Assembly: GCA_029953675.1 (NCBI GenBank)
Contig: JAMWBK010000010.1
Coordinates: forward strand, 1,550,001 to 1,614,000
Source: Rhodosorus marinus CCMP1338
Lineage: Eukaryota > Plantae > Rhodophyta
Reading direction: 5' to 3'
DNA: 64,000 bases
Part shown: one piece after another, positions 51,701-64,000 of the stretch
Position numbering within the stretch: position 1 is the stretch's first letter
Layout of the letters: each line of letters starts with the position of its first letter
Position numbers and translations under genes: made by a program
Notes under the pieces: generated by a model
What the model was told of the DNA's origin: nothing
Database searches by the model: none
The model's input: the letters and a program-made list of their open reading frames with translations, nothing else

Positions 51701-52186
51701 CAACTGGCGACAGACCATTCGATGGACTAAGGGAGACAATCCGTTTTATTCACAGTATCCAGCGCGGGGGGACCCCTAGTACATCTGAAGATAACGGCTC
51801 GGCGAAGTTGCTAATGAGCCTCACAAAGAAATGGTCGAGCTCCTCGAGCACAAAGAAACACGTAGTCAGCTTGAGGGCCCCAGCTGCGCAGACTGCGACG
51901 AACAATGCAGACGATTCGAGCAGGGCTCTAAAAGTCTCAGAACTGGACTCAATATTTGAAGGTACGCCCTCGGAGCCGCTACGCACCCCCGCGGTTTGCG
52001 TCCGCTGAACGAACAGAGCAATTACTCGTAATAGATGGAGAAGAACAGCCGAGCGCGGAGTTGTCACAAGCCCAGATGGTCACTTACAAAGCGAATCCGA
52101 AGAAAAAGGCCAAAAAGGACTCAAGCGAGTTCAACAAATCGCACTCCTCCCCAAGTGAAAATGAACTAACTCAAAGCACATACTAA
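48786..52186 (+). CDS. TOPBP1: TOPBP1/Dpb11-like multi-BRCT protein
   Basis: At least 5 BRCT repeats: ISTTGL..LGGKFSRNF..TTHLI..KHRAA..VVSREWIEECW; VSATGL..LGASFMATLTREASHLI..PKYDFA..VVRPKWL; TSHVVVG; PTHVVL..VSRKWLSSC; ITVSGF..LGATFSE..TTQLICESASGDKYARARDWGIPCLSVDWL. Tail SQAQMVTY. Confidence 0.88.
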
Positions 52187-53575
52187 CATATTCGTGTACA
52201 CTAAAAACCCATGATTTCTGAAGGAAGAAAGCGGTGCAACCTAGACTGTGCAACATCCGCCGGCTAGCGCCCAGAGCTGAGATGACTCTTTCTCAATCAG
52301 AGTGTCTGTCTGCTCACCCTTTTGTACGGCAATTCGAAGTCGAGCGAGCGATGTCACATACACCCGTCGTACTGAAAGGATATACAGGACCTTGGCAGAC
52401 TCATATTTGTCCTCAAGGGCCGAGAATCCTGAAGGCATCTTGGGTTTTACCTCTATCACGGTATATATGCAAACAGGGCCAGAAAAAAATGCGAAACCTC
52501 GGCGAGCCCATGCACTAAGCAACAATTTGATCGACACGTGTCATGCCACGGCAGTGCCAGAACAAGCAAAACAAATTGTTCAAAAATATTGAACCCCATT
52601 GGCCAATAAGACTCGTCTTTGATAAATCACGTTTTAGATGAGATTCTGGTGATTTGCGGGAAAATCATTAGGAGAAAACGAGTCATAGCTTCTATGTATG
52701 ATCAAACCGGACAATTAGTACGATTGTAAATGTTTTTACTACAAACAGTATGCGGAACTTTATGTACCGCAGGGGTAGACCGGATGGTGTCGATCGTGCG
52801 TTGCTAGAAAATTGGAACATTTTAAGTCGATATTCCCCAACAGCTGCTTTTGCACAATGGGTTGTTCACATTTTTCTGTGAAGTTAGGCAGCTGTTTTCG
52901 TTTTTTGGTAAAAGTTTCTGGAAATGCCACCGGCGGCTGTAGCTCTTCTAACCAGAAATGTGACATTAAGAAGCGACTGCACCTATATATACTAGCACGA
53001 CTTTTGCCGTCCTCTATTTTCGTAAATGATGCGTCCAGTTTCATCGGAAGCGGTTTTCTGAAACCCTTTAAGGACCCTAGATTTCGCATGTTTTTTTTCA
53101 ATTCCCTAAATCAAGTTGGTTCTCGGTTTCCGACGAGATAGATGCTCGGTCCTCATCTTGAGGACATTTTTCGTTTTGAAGTAATGATTGGAATTTTGTG
53201 TTTTCATTAAAAATCATGGGCTTGTTTGCTTTTCGTTTAGAAACGAGGATGCTGCTCGGTTATATATCACAAAAAGCGAAACTTGTGACGAGGGCTGTGT
53301 TCGTGGGATAAGTTCGGAAATCAGTGGTGGAAGTGAAGAAGGATACGTTCGGTTCGGCTCAGCTGGGAGGAAGGAAGCGTAGACTGGTAGACTGTAACAC
53401 GTTAACGGGGAAGGGTCTAGCGTTGCGACGGGAGGGTACCCGAGGGAGGAAGGACAGACTTGCGCGCTTGTTTTCTTTTCTTTGTTAATTCGTGAAACGA
53501 TTTTTGGTTTGACGGATTTCTGGCGCGGACGAAGTGATCTTCTCTTGGGAGTTTTTCGGGTTGTCGGTCTACTCG

Positions 53576-54757
53576 ATGGCGTTCATCAGTGCTTTAAACG
53601 TAGTTTTGAGGAGGGAAGGTTTTGTTTCAGCATGTGACTTTGGAAGGCCTTGGCTACCTAAGAAGAGAACGCAAGTCCGTGTAGAACAGCTCGTATCCAA
53701 GCCGATGCGGCCTAGTTCTCCTGCACCAGATTCGTCTTCCTCGGATGCAATAGAAGACTATTCCGAGTTGACAGACATTCGACCTGAACCAGTTTTGGAA
53801 AATCCGGTTGAAGAAGATGTGCCTGACGGAGATCCGGATGTGGTTTATTACTCGCAGTGCTCAAAGTGTAAGGCTGTGTACGAGTTGCGACCGAAGGTAA
53901 TATTGCTCGCACGCGAAATGAACATTTTGGGAAATCGTGGTTGAAGGTCTTGCATGCCTTGTGATCTTTGATGAGCTGGTTGCAGTGACGGAACGCGTTC
54001 AAGCTTTCAACTTTCATTGGGTTCTAAGAGGATTCCTTGCCTTGAATGCAGGTCCTTGGACTAGAAGGGTCGAAGGTACAGTGTTCTGTGTGTAAGAATC
54101 AATGGTATCAGCGGAGGGACAAGTTGATGGAGCTGGATCCGACAGTTGACGAACTGGAGGACTTTCCGGAATCAGAGCGCGAAAGATTTAAGAGGTCGTC
54201 GCCAAGTAGAGGGGGTTACAATGGTGGTGGTAGGCCGGGTGGACAATTCTATACGGCGTTTGTGGGAAATCTGTCTTTCAACACGACGCGTGAAGAGGTA
54301 AGAATCCCACCCACGAAGAGTTGCAATTATCAATTTCAATAGCTACCTCCGAATTAGACGTTGGAGGATGCCGTTATGTTCCGAGGCATTACCTCAGACT
54401 TTTTGTAGCCTCGAGTATTCCATTGTAACACCAGCGTGAATCTGCTGGGAGTTCGTCCCCTTGTTTGCTGTGTCAAGAGCTCGAAAATTTCTGTTTTCGA
54501 TGGGCTCACGAGCTCAAAGCCGTGCACCCTCAGTTGCTGAGCCTAGTCTTTTGTGTTTGTATTTTAAGTTGTACGATCTCGTCAAAGACAGAGATGTTGT
54601 GCGATGTCACGTAGTAGAAAAGGATGGGCGATCCAAGGGTTTCGCGTTTGTCGACTTCAGGACTAAGGAGCAACTTACCAAGGCGATGGATGAGTTGGAT
54701 GGGCATGAGCTTGGAGGGAGACAAATTATCGTCAAGGAAGGTCGAAATTCTTCCTAG
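53576..54757 (+). CDS. Plastid-targeted zinc-ribbon + RRM RNA-binding protein
   Basis: MAF start; QCSKCKAVYELRPK|VLG..GSKVQCSVCKNQW (4-Cys ribbon); RGG linker; AFVGNLSF (RNP2) and SKGFAFVDF (RNP1); introns 53897-54051 and 54298-54568. Confidence 0.85.
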
Positions 54758-56297
54758 TTTTGGAAGCAGAGCGCTGGAAATAGCCTGACTTTCAAAGCAA
54801 GAGGCTGTTTCAGTGACCTGGAGTCTTGACTGGTGGCCTTCAAGTATGCATCGTGAGTCAATGTCGCACCACATAGTTGGATGGCGGATGACGTGCCTCT
54901 TCGAGTTTCTCTGTGGCTGGCGAGTAAGGACTCTTCCAGCCGTGAGCTTACTATTGAGTCCGAGTTAACACCAACTAATTCTCTAGCCAGGCTTGTGTGC
55001 CCACTGGTTGCGTATCATGGCCTGGACATCTAACTCGAAACTGCATTAACATAGCACCGGGTAACTTGTTCTCAGATGTTGGCGTTTGACCTTTTCGTTT
55101 GCCTTCAGAACGAGAGCCGAGCACCAAGGTGCCTCTCATAGTTGCTAGAAAGACTTGCTGATGATGTCAAAACTGGCGTGCTATTGATTTGTATTAGGAT
55201 TCTACCCGAGAGCAGTAAAGGGATAATTTGGTTTCTTGAGCCACTTTCGGATTGCTCTGCGAATGTCATCGTGATTGGTAGTTGAGTTCTCCGTCAGGAA
55301 TTGCCGGGCACTAGAGGATGGAGAAACCCGCTTGTCCTTTGGCCGCAGCAGAAGTCTGATGGCTCGCTACGAAATAGTAGGCCAGTAACATACCGAGAAA
55401 TACTCGAGTCTGAATTGTCTCCTGTGCACGACGAATGCTGGTTCTCAAAGGACTATGGACATCCATGAGTCTGTACTGTAGTTCGCGTCCGAATAGTTAG
55501 GGGGGGGTATACGCTCAGCTCGGGTTGACCATGTATCAACGTCCCTTGATAAATCGATATCACGGTACCTTAACTAGTAAACAACATAATTTGCTGGTGG
55601 CAATTCAACGCCACGTGCTCCATATGGTAGTGCGGTATTTCCCTACTGTACTCAGTCGACCCCCACCCACCCCAAATTCAGGGGATTCTTGCTCAAAAGC
55701 TCAAGGTCGGCAGTTGGCCCAGACGAGAAATCATGGTGCCGGGGCGCTAGCCTCCGATTCAATGTTGGAGGCGCGTGATCTTCGATTAGCTCGTCGTAGA
55801 CCAGCACGCTGAAGGGGAGGTATAGCGGTCCTCGCTAAAACTTTCTATGCACCATTCAGTGAACTCTAGAGTAGCAAGATAGTTTTCATACGTTTCAAGA
55901 TTTTTACCCGCCCACCGGGACGTTTAGCGAAACCCTTGTCCACAGTCAGACAGACAGACCTTCGTATCGACACAAACGCACTTAGTTCTCTGACTCATTT
56001 TGCTCAGAAAACGGTTGTGCTGAGACAGACCGGGACACGGATACACGAGCAGGACAGTGAAGCTTTGGCTGTCGGGGGTGGGCGAGGGGAGCAACTTGGT
56101 CAAAGCAAATTCCAGCTCAAAGAATGCAGACTGAGCAACAGAAGATTGCTTGGGCTTTGCTGAAGGTTTGAAGCTTGCTGGGGCGTGCGCTTTGTGGGGG
56201 AGGGGTTAAAAGCACTAAAAAGGTCGGAGAGCCCCTGTGGGCTAAAGCGGGATTCCTTGGCCTCCAGTTGCGATTTTGTATGTAAGGATTTCAAGTT

Positions 56298-57289
56298 ATG
56301 AGGAACTGGGACACACTTCGCCATGAGGTGAGGATTCTGGAGCAGAAAGTTGAAGAGCGACTTGGTGGCCTTTCGAAGCTCTTCCATTCATTATCCGAGG
56401 GTGGCAATGGTAAGGGATGAGTTGGGACTTTTCGTCCTGTTGGACAGATCACAGCGCACTCTATCGTGTCTGACGAGCTCGTTGATTGTTTGCGGTTCCC
56501 TTCCTGTCGAATTTGTTTTCCGATAGGCGGTCAGACAGCAGCCCTACTTCAGAAGCCAACCGAGGAGATTGAGACCCTACTGGGGCAGCTGTCTGCAAGC
56601 GTTGATACAATGAAGTCATTTGTAGGCACGTCTCCTTCCTTTGTGCATGTACATAGAAGCCACGTTGATGTACTCCAGGAGTATCGAAGAGAATACAAGA
56701 GGATTCAGGTACTGGATATTCTCAAGAGTGTAGTTCAGCGGAAGGATAGTTCTTAGGACATTTCCTCATTGCAACGTCTAGACAAAAATACGAGCATTCC
56801 AAGAAAGGAACGAGCTGTTCCAAGGTTCTCGAGTGCGCGCCGGGATAAGCGAGGACACCACGGTGGATATCGGAATGCGGAGCGAGATTAAGAGCATAGA
56901 CTCTGCTACAAATGCGGCTGATGCAACTCTAGCAACTGGCTGGTCCATTCAAGAGGATTTGCAGAGGCAGCGAGCACTGTTTGACAATATGATGGGGTCG
57001 ATTGACCAGGTAATCGGAAGGCCACTACTGATTTCCACCAGTTTGTGCCTTACTTGACTTGTTCACAAGCTGGGGCCACGCATTTCCTGGGTGGTAGCTT
57101 CCTTTGCAAAGTCTTCCCGCTCCGTTCTAAGGCTTACTTTCTGTTGTGGCATCGTTCTAGATGCGCGGGGCGGTACCGACCATAGGGAGTTTGATTGAAT
57201 CAATCAAACGGAAACGAAAGCGGGACGTCATCGCCGTTTCTGCCGTGGTGGCGGTGTGCCTGACTTTCACGTTAATTTTTGTGCTCTAG
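56298..57289 (+). CDS. GOS1: Golgi SNARE GOS1/GOSR1
   Basis: MRNWDTLRHEVRILEQKVEERLGGLSK, EIETLLGQL, HVDVLQEYRREY, LQRQRALF, GSLIESIKRKRKRDVIAVSAVVAVCLTFTLIFVL* (C-terminal TM anchor). Confidence 0.9.
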
Positions 57290-57732
57290 AGAGCTATGGA
57301 CAATACCAAATGCCTTGGTATTGTCAAAGACACCGTGCTCACATAGCTGCACAAGTTCACACAATCGTTTCATTCTACGTAGAGCCTCATACATCGCGTT
57401 AAGTAAAGCAATTCTAACCAACCAACGAAGGTTTCTCACTACTGCGAGCACGGTTCGCTGGTGTTTTTTAGTTTACCAGGCAGCACATGATAGGAAACCA
57501 GCTCGACATGTGAAACGCTGTCGAGCGCAAGTTTTGTGCAACAAGCCCTTATCAAACGAACCTTTGACCCATATGAACATTGGAAACTGAGGGTGGTGAT
57601 CAAGTTACCCTAATCTGTGCAATGAGGCCAAGGCCATATCCATATGCCAGTCAACTCCATCCCGGTTTTCTTTTCACAAGGAGCAAAGCGCAATCATACT
57701 CTAAGGAGATAGCAATCGCGGAAAAGATACGA

Positions 57733-58730
57733 TCAGAATATAATCCTTCTAAGCAATCCGATCCCGTGAAACGCAACCCGCCTACCTTCCTGCCAAACCT
57801 TGCGATAGCCAAGTTCTCCTAGTCTGGCCGCAATGAATTCGACCTGAATCTCAAGATTCGATGTGAAAAGAATCTGCGCGGGCTGGAAGCAGCTTAACCA
57901 CTGCACCGTTTCAATATTACAGTCTTCGGATTTACACCGAACCTGACGGGAAAGCGGCTCATTAGCAGAAAATTCCTCCAAGACTTGATCCGAGAACCAA
58001 GCTCGAACAAGCAAGAACGATCTTGGAGTGAGGTCCAAGAGCCGGCATAGCCACTTCGAAAGAATGAGAGGCTTTGTGAACTTACTTTTACGAGGTCGAC
58101 CTCCACATGCCCGAAATCTTTCATCAAGTTCTTAAGGAACATAGGATTGTCCAGTTGCACAGAGGCAGGGGCAAAGTGGAAATGGTCCCGGTCCAGGAAT
58201 TCACCGACAGAAGGTTCAGCAATGTATTGATACACAGTCTCATCGTCAATGTACTCGTCAAATAAGAAGCACTGAGCCCCGAGTTCTTTCGCTAGATGGA
58301 CCTCGAAGCCCAAGTAGGAAGTAAAACCGAGCGAATACACAAGCGGGATTCCAAGTAGCAGGTCGTCGCAGAAGGCCATGGGTTCCACTCCACGCACTTC
58401 AGTTACATTACAGAGGACACCGTTTTCTATGTTGGCAAGATATACATCATTTTGTACTTGATTATACAGGCCCGCATCCGCGCTGCGCCCCGCAGGGACG
58501 TTGTGCAAGCGTCTCCAAAGTCCACTTGAAGCCAACACCGCACAAACAATAGCAACTACAATCACCGTCGTCCTGAGCGTTGGCTTCTTGTCTCCATTGG
58601 GAAATCTTGCGCTCGTTCCCGCACCCGGCTTCCCCGCTCTCGAGGGATTTCGCGATATCTTACTGGCGAGTTTCGCGTCTCCATCGTTTTTCGACAACTG
58701 CGGATTGCTCTGAGTCGTTCCACGCCTCAT
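57733..58730 (-). CDS. Type II membrane Methyltransf_22/METTL24-like protein
   Basis: Cytosolic N-terminus, TM (TVIVVAIVCAVLAS), then FCD..LVYSLG...FEVHL...CFLFD...LKNLMKDFGHVEVDLVK|MD. Confidence 0.65.
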
Positions 58731-60408
58731 CAACCGTTACCCCTGGAACCCTCCGCCGCGGCTGAGGCTGAATTGAAGAGGATGCAATTGCTGAATAATT
58801 GGAGTTCCGCGCCGTAGGTCTACGAGATCATGCCACGCTGCCCAAGTTCTAGTACTACTACACTCACAACACACAGCATGCCAGCTTTAACTGGCCACAC
58901 TTCGGGGGAAGGTGAGTGTTTCACAGCACAGCACAATTGCACCAGAAGTGCTGCATATCAGATTTTGGAGGCAGGGGGTTTGCTAGATCTCGCTAATTGC
59001 AAGCTGACGGGAACTACACTTCAGCGGTTTTGTGTTTCGTCCATTCATGTACGCGCGGTGTGCAGCGGTTTGCCACATCTCGGTGCGAGGTCTATTAGGC
59101 ACGTAGTTTGAGTTGACTTTTCAGCGCGGGCATTATAGGTCGTCAGAACGGAGCAATTTGTATCCTCACTGAAAAAGATCAGTCTTGGTGGGCTCCTGGT
59201 ATCATCCTTCGTCGGAGTTTCTCTTCGTGTGATTCCATCTAAGTGCCTCCTTAGACATGGCTTGGAGTAATCCTCCTGCAGAGATTGCGAGATAGTCAAC
59301 GCTGGCGACTTTTTCGCATGGCACACCGTGGTGACGAACGTAAGCGACTTGCCGCTTTCGCCCTTCTTCAACTGTTTTCGGAAACCTTCTCGTCCTTCGT
59401 GTGTCCTATCGTTAAGTAAGATCACGAAAGGTCTTGCGTTGGCGGGGCAATCAAAGGGAATATTTTATTAGGAAAACCACACAAAAACAGAAATATGCGG
59501 AAAAAGGGATAGGCAGTAGAGTTGATCTGAGTCGACCACGAACCAAATATGGCTGCACAATTGTAATTACTACGCAGTCCACCGCGCTCATGCGAGTCTC
59601 CAGCTCTGCTCCAACGACAGTTTTCTAGCTTTTCTGAAGAAACAGAAAGCTCTGCCTGTGTTGATTGAAGACTACTAACTTGTACTATCATTGGGGATGA
59701 TTCACGGTCCCGAATATGTCCGGAAATATACCTAATATTAACGATCGATCAACATACACAGGCGGCCTTCTGGCACGCACACTGCCAGTTCTATAAATAT
59801 AAAATAAAACTACTCTTATTCTCTTGGTGGGTCTTCCAAGGGGTGGGTGAAATGGATTAAAGGCGATGGAATTTTTGTTTCTTGCACACAGGATAGGGTG
59901 GGTGCGGCGTGGGTGACAGGTTCTGAGTGTTTTGTTTTTTTTTAACCTTTGGGACGCTGCAGTTGGGAGCCGGCAGTTGGGAGTCCCTAAAATAAGGTGA
60001 TGACGATGCATTTTGGGAACATAGCACCAGTCCAATATGTCCTGAGGGAGCGCTTGGGATGGTAAACGGGTAGTCTGTATTATATTGAATTTTCGTACTG
60101 GGTCTGAGCTGTACATATTGGAATTTAACTTAATAGTAATATTTTTCTTTGCTTGGATAGTGCGATTTTACATGAGACATATTTAGCGAAATGTGATTAC
60201 GATCGCAAATAGGATAGGGCGGGGGTGCTGAGAAGTTAGGGATGTGCGCCAGGACATTCGTCGCTGGGGGAAACGGCGGATCGTCTCAATGTATTGAATG
60301 TAGGTAGGGCGGAACAGAGGATATGAAGAGCTTTTCGATGAGCGCGATAAGGTATATGCGAGGTTGGGTATACGACGTCATCTGCTTTCTGTAGGAAAGA
60401 TTGAAATC

Positions 60409-62270
60409 ATGAGGGGCAGGTATTTGTTTCCTGGATTTGTTTTGGTCGTGGTGCTTCTGTCTGAGCTTTCGCTCGCGAATATACTCCACGTAAGTGTCGT
60501 ATTCAGACATGGGGTCAGGACCCACCTTTCGAAAAACTCCGATCCGTTAGACGGCGAAGGGGAAGCACGGTTGCTGGTACCCGAGGGTGGTGACGAGGCA
60601 AGAAGGCTCGGCACTTTTATTAGGAACACCTACTTGACCACAGAAGACGATAGTATGAAGATTGACCAGTCTGAACCGAGGTACACGTCCATCAGAGACG
60701 TTAAGATTGTATCTTCGAACCTGGTCCGTACGACAAGCACAGCGGCTGGATTTGCCGATGGCCTTTATCCAGATCAGGCCGTACCCGTCACAATCTCAGC
60801 CCTAGAAGAGGACGACTTTCTAATCAGAGCGTACACAAAGTGCCCGAACTTTTCTGATAGGTAGGACACTCACTAGCTCTGGTTCCGGACCATCGTCTGC
60901 CGATGTTGACTCATGGGGACTCTTGCTGATGGTCTACTAAGATACAGTGCGGTTTCGCTTCCCACTCAGTTAGGCTGAATGATCTCTACGCTTCTGAAGA
61001 ATTCCAGAACAAGGAGCGAGAGACGAGGGACTTCAGGACGGCCTGGGCACCTGCATTTTCTGAACCCACCACCCTGGAAAACTGGTGGAATGTATTTGAC
61101 AAGTACAACCTGGCTCTCAACTATGGCTCACATAACGGTAAGTAGAATACTGAGTTGTGGGCTTGGCATTTGCGCACATACCTCCCGGACTGTCTTAGGG
61201 GCTTCCAAAGGCCCGATGAAAACCTTACAATCACCGGAGGCTCTAGAGATACCAGATAGTTGAGTATGCGACTGCGGGCCACTTAGCACTCTCATGCTTC
61301 GGACTGTGAATTCAGGTAGGGATGTGGACGTTCCTGAAGATGTTAGCCTCGATGAAGCACGCAACGCTTTCCCGGAGATGCAGGAATTGGCAGAATGGGT
61401 AGAACTGCGGCGATATAGCCCGGATATGGTTGTGGATGACGTCGGAGGAAGGCTGCTTGGCGAAATCGTTGGAGACATTCGACGGGCGTTGGATGAAAAC
61501 CAATCACCGCATCGGATCACAGCCTACTCATCACATTATCCGACAATATTGTCTCTGGTTTCTACCATGAGCGGGGAGATGATTGGCCACATCCCCAACT
61601 TCGGTGAGGCCGTCATCGTCGAGCTGCACGACTCCGGACTGAGACTTGGTGTCTACAGTCAAGCTTCGAGCGAGGTAAGATATCCCTGACTACCGAAAAG
61701 TCACGGACAACCTAAAGAGCAGGCAGGGACGCATCAGCACATTTCGGCATGTACTGGTGCGTTGCTGTCATGGAATCGCACATCTCATTTTTCATTTTGT
61801 TTCTAATCTATTTGCCTGCTTTGCGCTGGTTGACACAGATCGAGTACATCAGTGTTAACGAGGATTTGTGTGACTCGGATCCTCCAGTCGTACCGTGTCC
61901 ATTCGGTGCTCTGGAACAGTTCTTCGATGCTTCCCTGCTGCGCGACGCAGCTGGTGCTTGCAAAGCTTGCGGCAACAGCGAAGCCCCTGTCTGTGCTCCT
62001 GTAGATGCGCTCCCAGGTGCAACGCAAAGTCCAACTGCCACCGCAACGGCATCACCGACGCCAGCGAGTGAACCGCAGTGTGGGGACGGCTTGAGTGCTA
62101 CAGCGGCTGGGTTTATAGGGGCGTTCGTTGGTTTGGCCTTCGGAGGGGTTGCCGTAGCCGCAGTCGTCTATATCCGAAGACGTCGTTCCGAGAGGAGCGC
62201 TGTTTTCGGATTGGAAGTTGGCGGGAAGGACGCCAAGGATGGCTACGTTCCGGATGTTTTAGCTACGTGA
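60409..62270 (+). CDS. Histidine acid phosphatase (clade 2), with signal peptide and C-terminal TM
   Basis: Signal peptide; VVFRHGVRT; GTFIRNTYL; SSNLVRTTSTA; YTKCP; YSSHYPTI; PNFGEAVIVELH; Cys-rich segment, T/P-rich stalk, TM followed by RRRR. Confidence 0.9.
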
Positions 62271-62847
62271 CGAGGCAGTATCGGCAATCGGTGCGTTGAA
62301 AGTTATGAATAGATGCAGTACAGAGCGGTTCTGCCCACACATATCCTCGTTCCGGTCGGCATCAGCTTTTGCTGTGCTCCATGAGAGGTTTTTTTCGGGG
62401 GTTACGTTAGTCTGGGGTTTTCGGTCGGTCCGCGAAGAACACACGCAGGCCGGAGGTTCTTGCTAACCAATTAATCGCAACGGTTCGTCAACCCGCATGC
62501 TCAAAAATGTTTTATAGGGCTGGTGACGTGCTGGAGTAAAAGATATCAGTGTGCTGAAGTGATACTTGCAGTAGGCAGCATGGACAGAATGAATTGTCTC
62601 AAGTCCACAGGGATGGGCTCCGAGAGTACATGAGCATCATGCCGTCCCGAAGAAAAAAACCACGTATAGCTTTGCTTGCCACCCTAGCGGGTTGACACCC
62701 TCTAGGAGCCGAGCTTCATCGAAAGTTGCGAAGATCCTCTCGTTGCACAGGACACCAGTCCAGACGTACACCAATTCCGAGCCGGCCCAAAGCAAGAAAG
62801 CTACCTGGCGTGACAGGAAGCTGCACTAATATTTCTTTCCCAACTAC

Positions 62848-64000
62848 CTACTCTTTCAAAGTCCATGTTCGAACCGAATTATCCCCTCCACCGGTCACTA
62901 GGGTTTCCCCGTCAACCCATCCGACTCCATTTGCGCCGTTTCGGTGAGCTTTAGCGGAAATCGGCTTGCTCCTTGAGCCCAACACCCAAATCGCAAGAGT
63001 ACCATCCATTCCTACTGATGCAACACGCTTTCCGTCCGGCGCCAGGGACAAACCATCGACTCTCGCTAGCAATTGGATAGAGGATAATGTGAAACGCATA
63101 GTGAGCAATGGAAAATTAGCCGCTTGCAAGCCGCGCTCTTCATGATACTACACGATGACGATGAACTAAAAAGAGACTAATAACACGTTCTCTTACCAGA
63201 ATGACATGCACCCCCCCCAGTTACCTTCACCTGCTTAGTAACATCGAACATCTTCACATGACGTGATTTTTCACCAATAATCAGCGTAGAACCGTCCTTC
63301 GTGAAAATCATTCGGTTTGCGGCAGTAGCTCCGTCAATACTGTCCCCAAACTTCTCCAATTTTCCGTTGGTGTTTTTGTAGAACGAGGTCTTGCCAGCTC
63401 CGCCTCGAACCTCAACGCTGACCGCTACGGTCTTTCCGTCCTCTGTGACTGATACGGAGATCCCCGTCTCCGATTTCTCAAAACAGAGAAGCTCTAATAT
63501 ACTTCCGTCGTAGTTTATCTGAACTAGTCGAAAGTCGTTGATGACCACCGCCGCAAACTCTGCTCCTGTGCCTGGACAGGCGATGTCTGCACATCCGCCC
63601 TTGACCGAGACTGGCGTGGAGGGAAACTCCAATGTATCCACAAGTGTGAGGAGTACATCCCCACTAGTCTCGCCACTAACCACCACTTTCGAGTTGCAGG
63701 CAATACTCTTCCCAGTTGTTTTATGCCCGTTTCCGCTGAAGTGAGCATCCGTTCTCGGCTCGTTGGTGTCCGTGAACACGCATTTCCCAAGACTGTCAAC
63801 GGTGTAGACTTTGTTCTCAAGATTAGTAAGAGAAACAATCGGGTTGGCGTGACCCCGAATGACCTTGCTTGGCTTGCTCGAACCCTCAACGAGAACGCTT
63901 ATATCTCCACGGAGAGACACAGCAACGATTTCGTTGGTCTTGGGCACCCATGTGCATCCTACTTGCATGTCAAGAACGTCCTTGTCACCGAGGGATACCA
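62848..64000 (-). CDS. AIP1: Actin-interacting protein 1 (WDR1), 3' part (gene runs off the window)
   Basis: VLDMQVGCTW, VAVSLRGDI, VIRGH, WD repeats, H|..RVDGLSLAPDGKRVASVGMDG.LAIW, AH..G.NGVGW..ETLVTGGGDNSVRTW. Confidence 0.9.

Noticed and set aside
52481-53101. Imperfect ~22-bp inverted similarity (AAAAAAATGCGAAACCTCGG vs AAAAAAACATGCGAAATCTAGG)
   Set aside because: Largely poly-A driven, does not extend, and has no target-site duplication.
54995-55012. RNQWAH HEPN-like hexapeptide on the minus strand
   Set aside because: A single short motif in a frame with many stops; nothing else supports it.
4535-62270. PHO80-like cyclins plus acid phosphatase as a phosphate-regulon cluster
   Set aside because: They are 55 kb apart with many unrelated housekeeping genes between them; there is no evidence of clustering.

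Overview
Eukaryotic nuclear DNA with about 20 compact genes, mostly carrying short GT-AG introns (typically ~40-110 nt), separated by gene-poor islands of decayed transposon-like sequence. A red alga, probably unicellular, is my best guess. This is an inference from M-A-F/M-S-A-F type plastid transit peptides, VHEK(R/K)RP-linker C2H2 fingers and intron size. Recognisable genes, in order: HAUS1 (partial), two convergent intronless PHO80/U-type cyclins, diacylglycerol kinase, a frameshifted RraA/HMG-aldolase, an AAA_33-type P-loop protein, ABHD13, MsrB with a plastid + twin-arginine signal, a C2H2 zinc-finger protein, FANCI, PAK1IP1/MAK11, a conserved uncharacterised membrane protein, a PH-domain protein, CDC50, a SAM methyltransferase, PME-1, TOPBP1, a plastid zinc-ribbon+RRM protein, GOS1, a Methyltransf_22-like type II membrane protein, a histidine acid phosphatase and AIP1/WDR1 (partial). 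Mobile remnants: Ty3/gypsy pol, an internally deleted mariner-like transposase, two probable MULE relics and a possible pogo relic. I found no rRNA, tRNA or CRISPR array, and no clear-cut novel multi-gene system. The best leads are the putative thylakoid-lumen MsrB, the zinc-ribbon/RRM plastid protein, the frameshifted RraA, the cyclin pair and a perfect 20-bp hairpin. All family calls are motif recognition by eye, not database results. Gene coordinates span first to last exon as best inferred.
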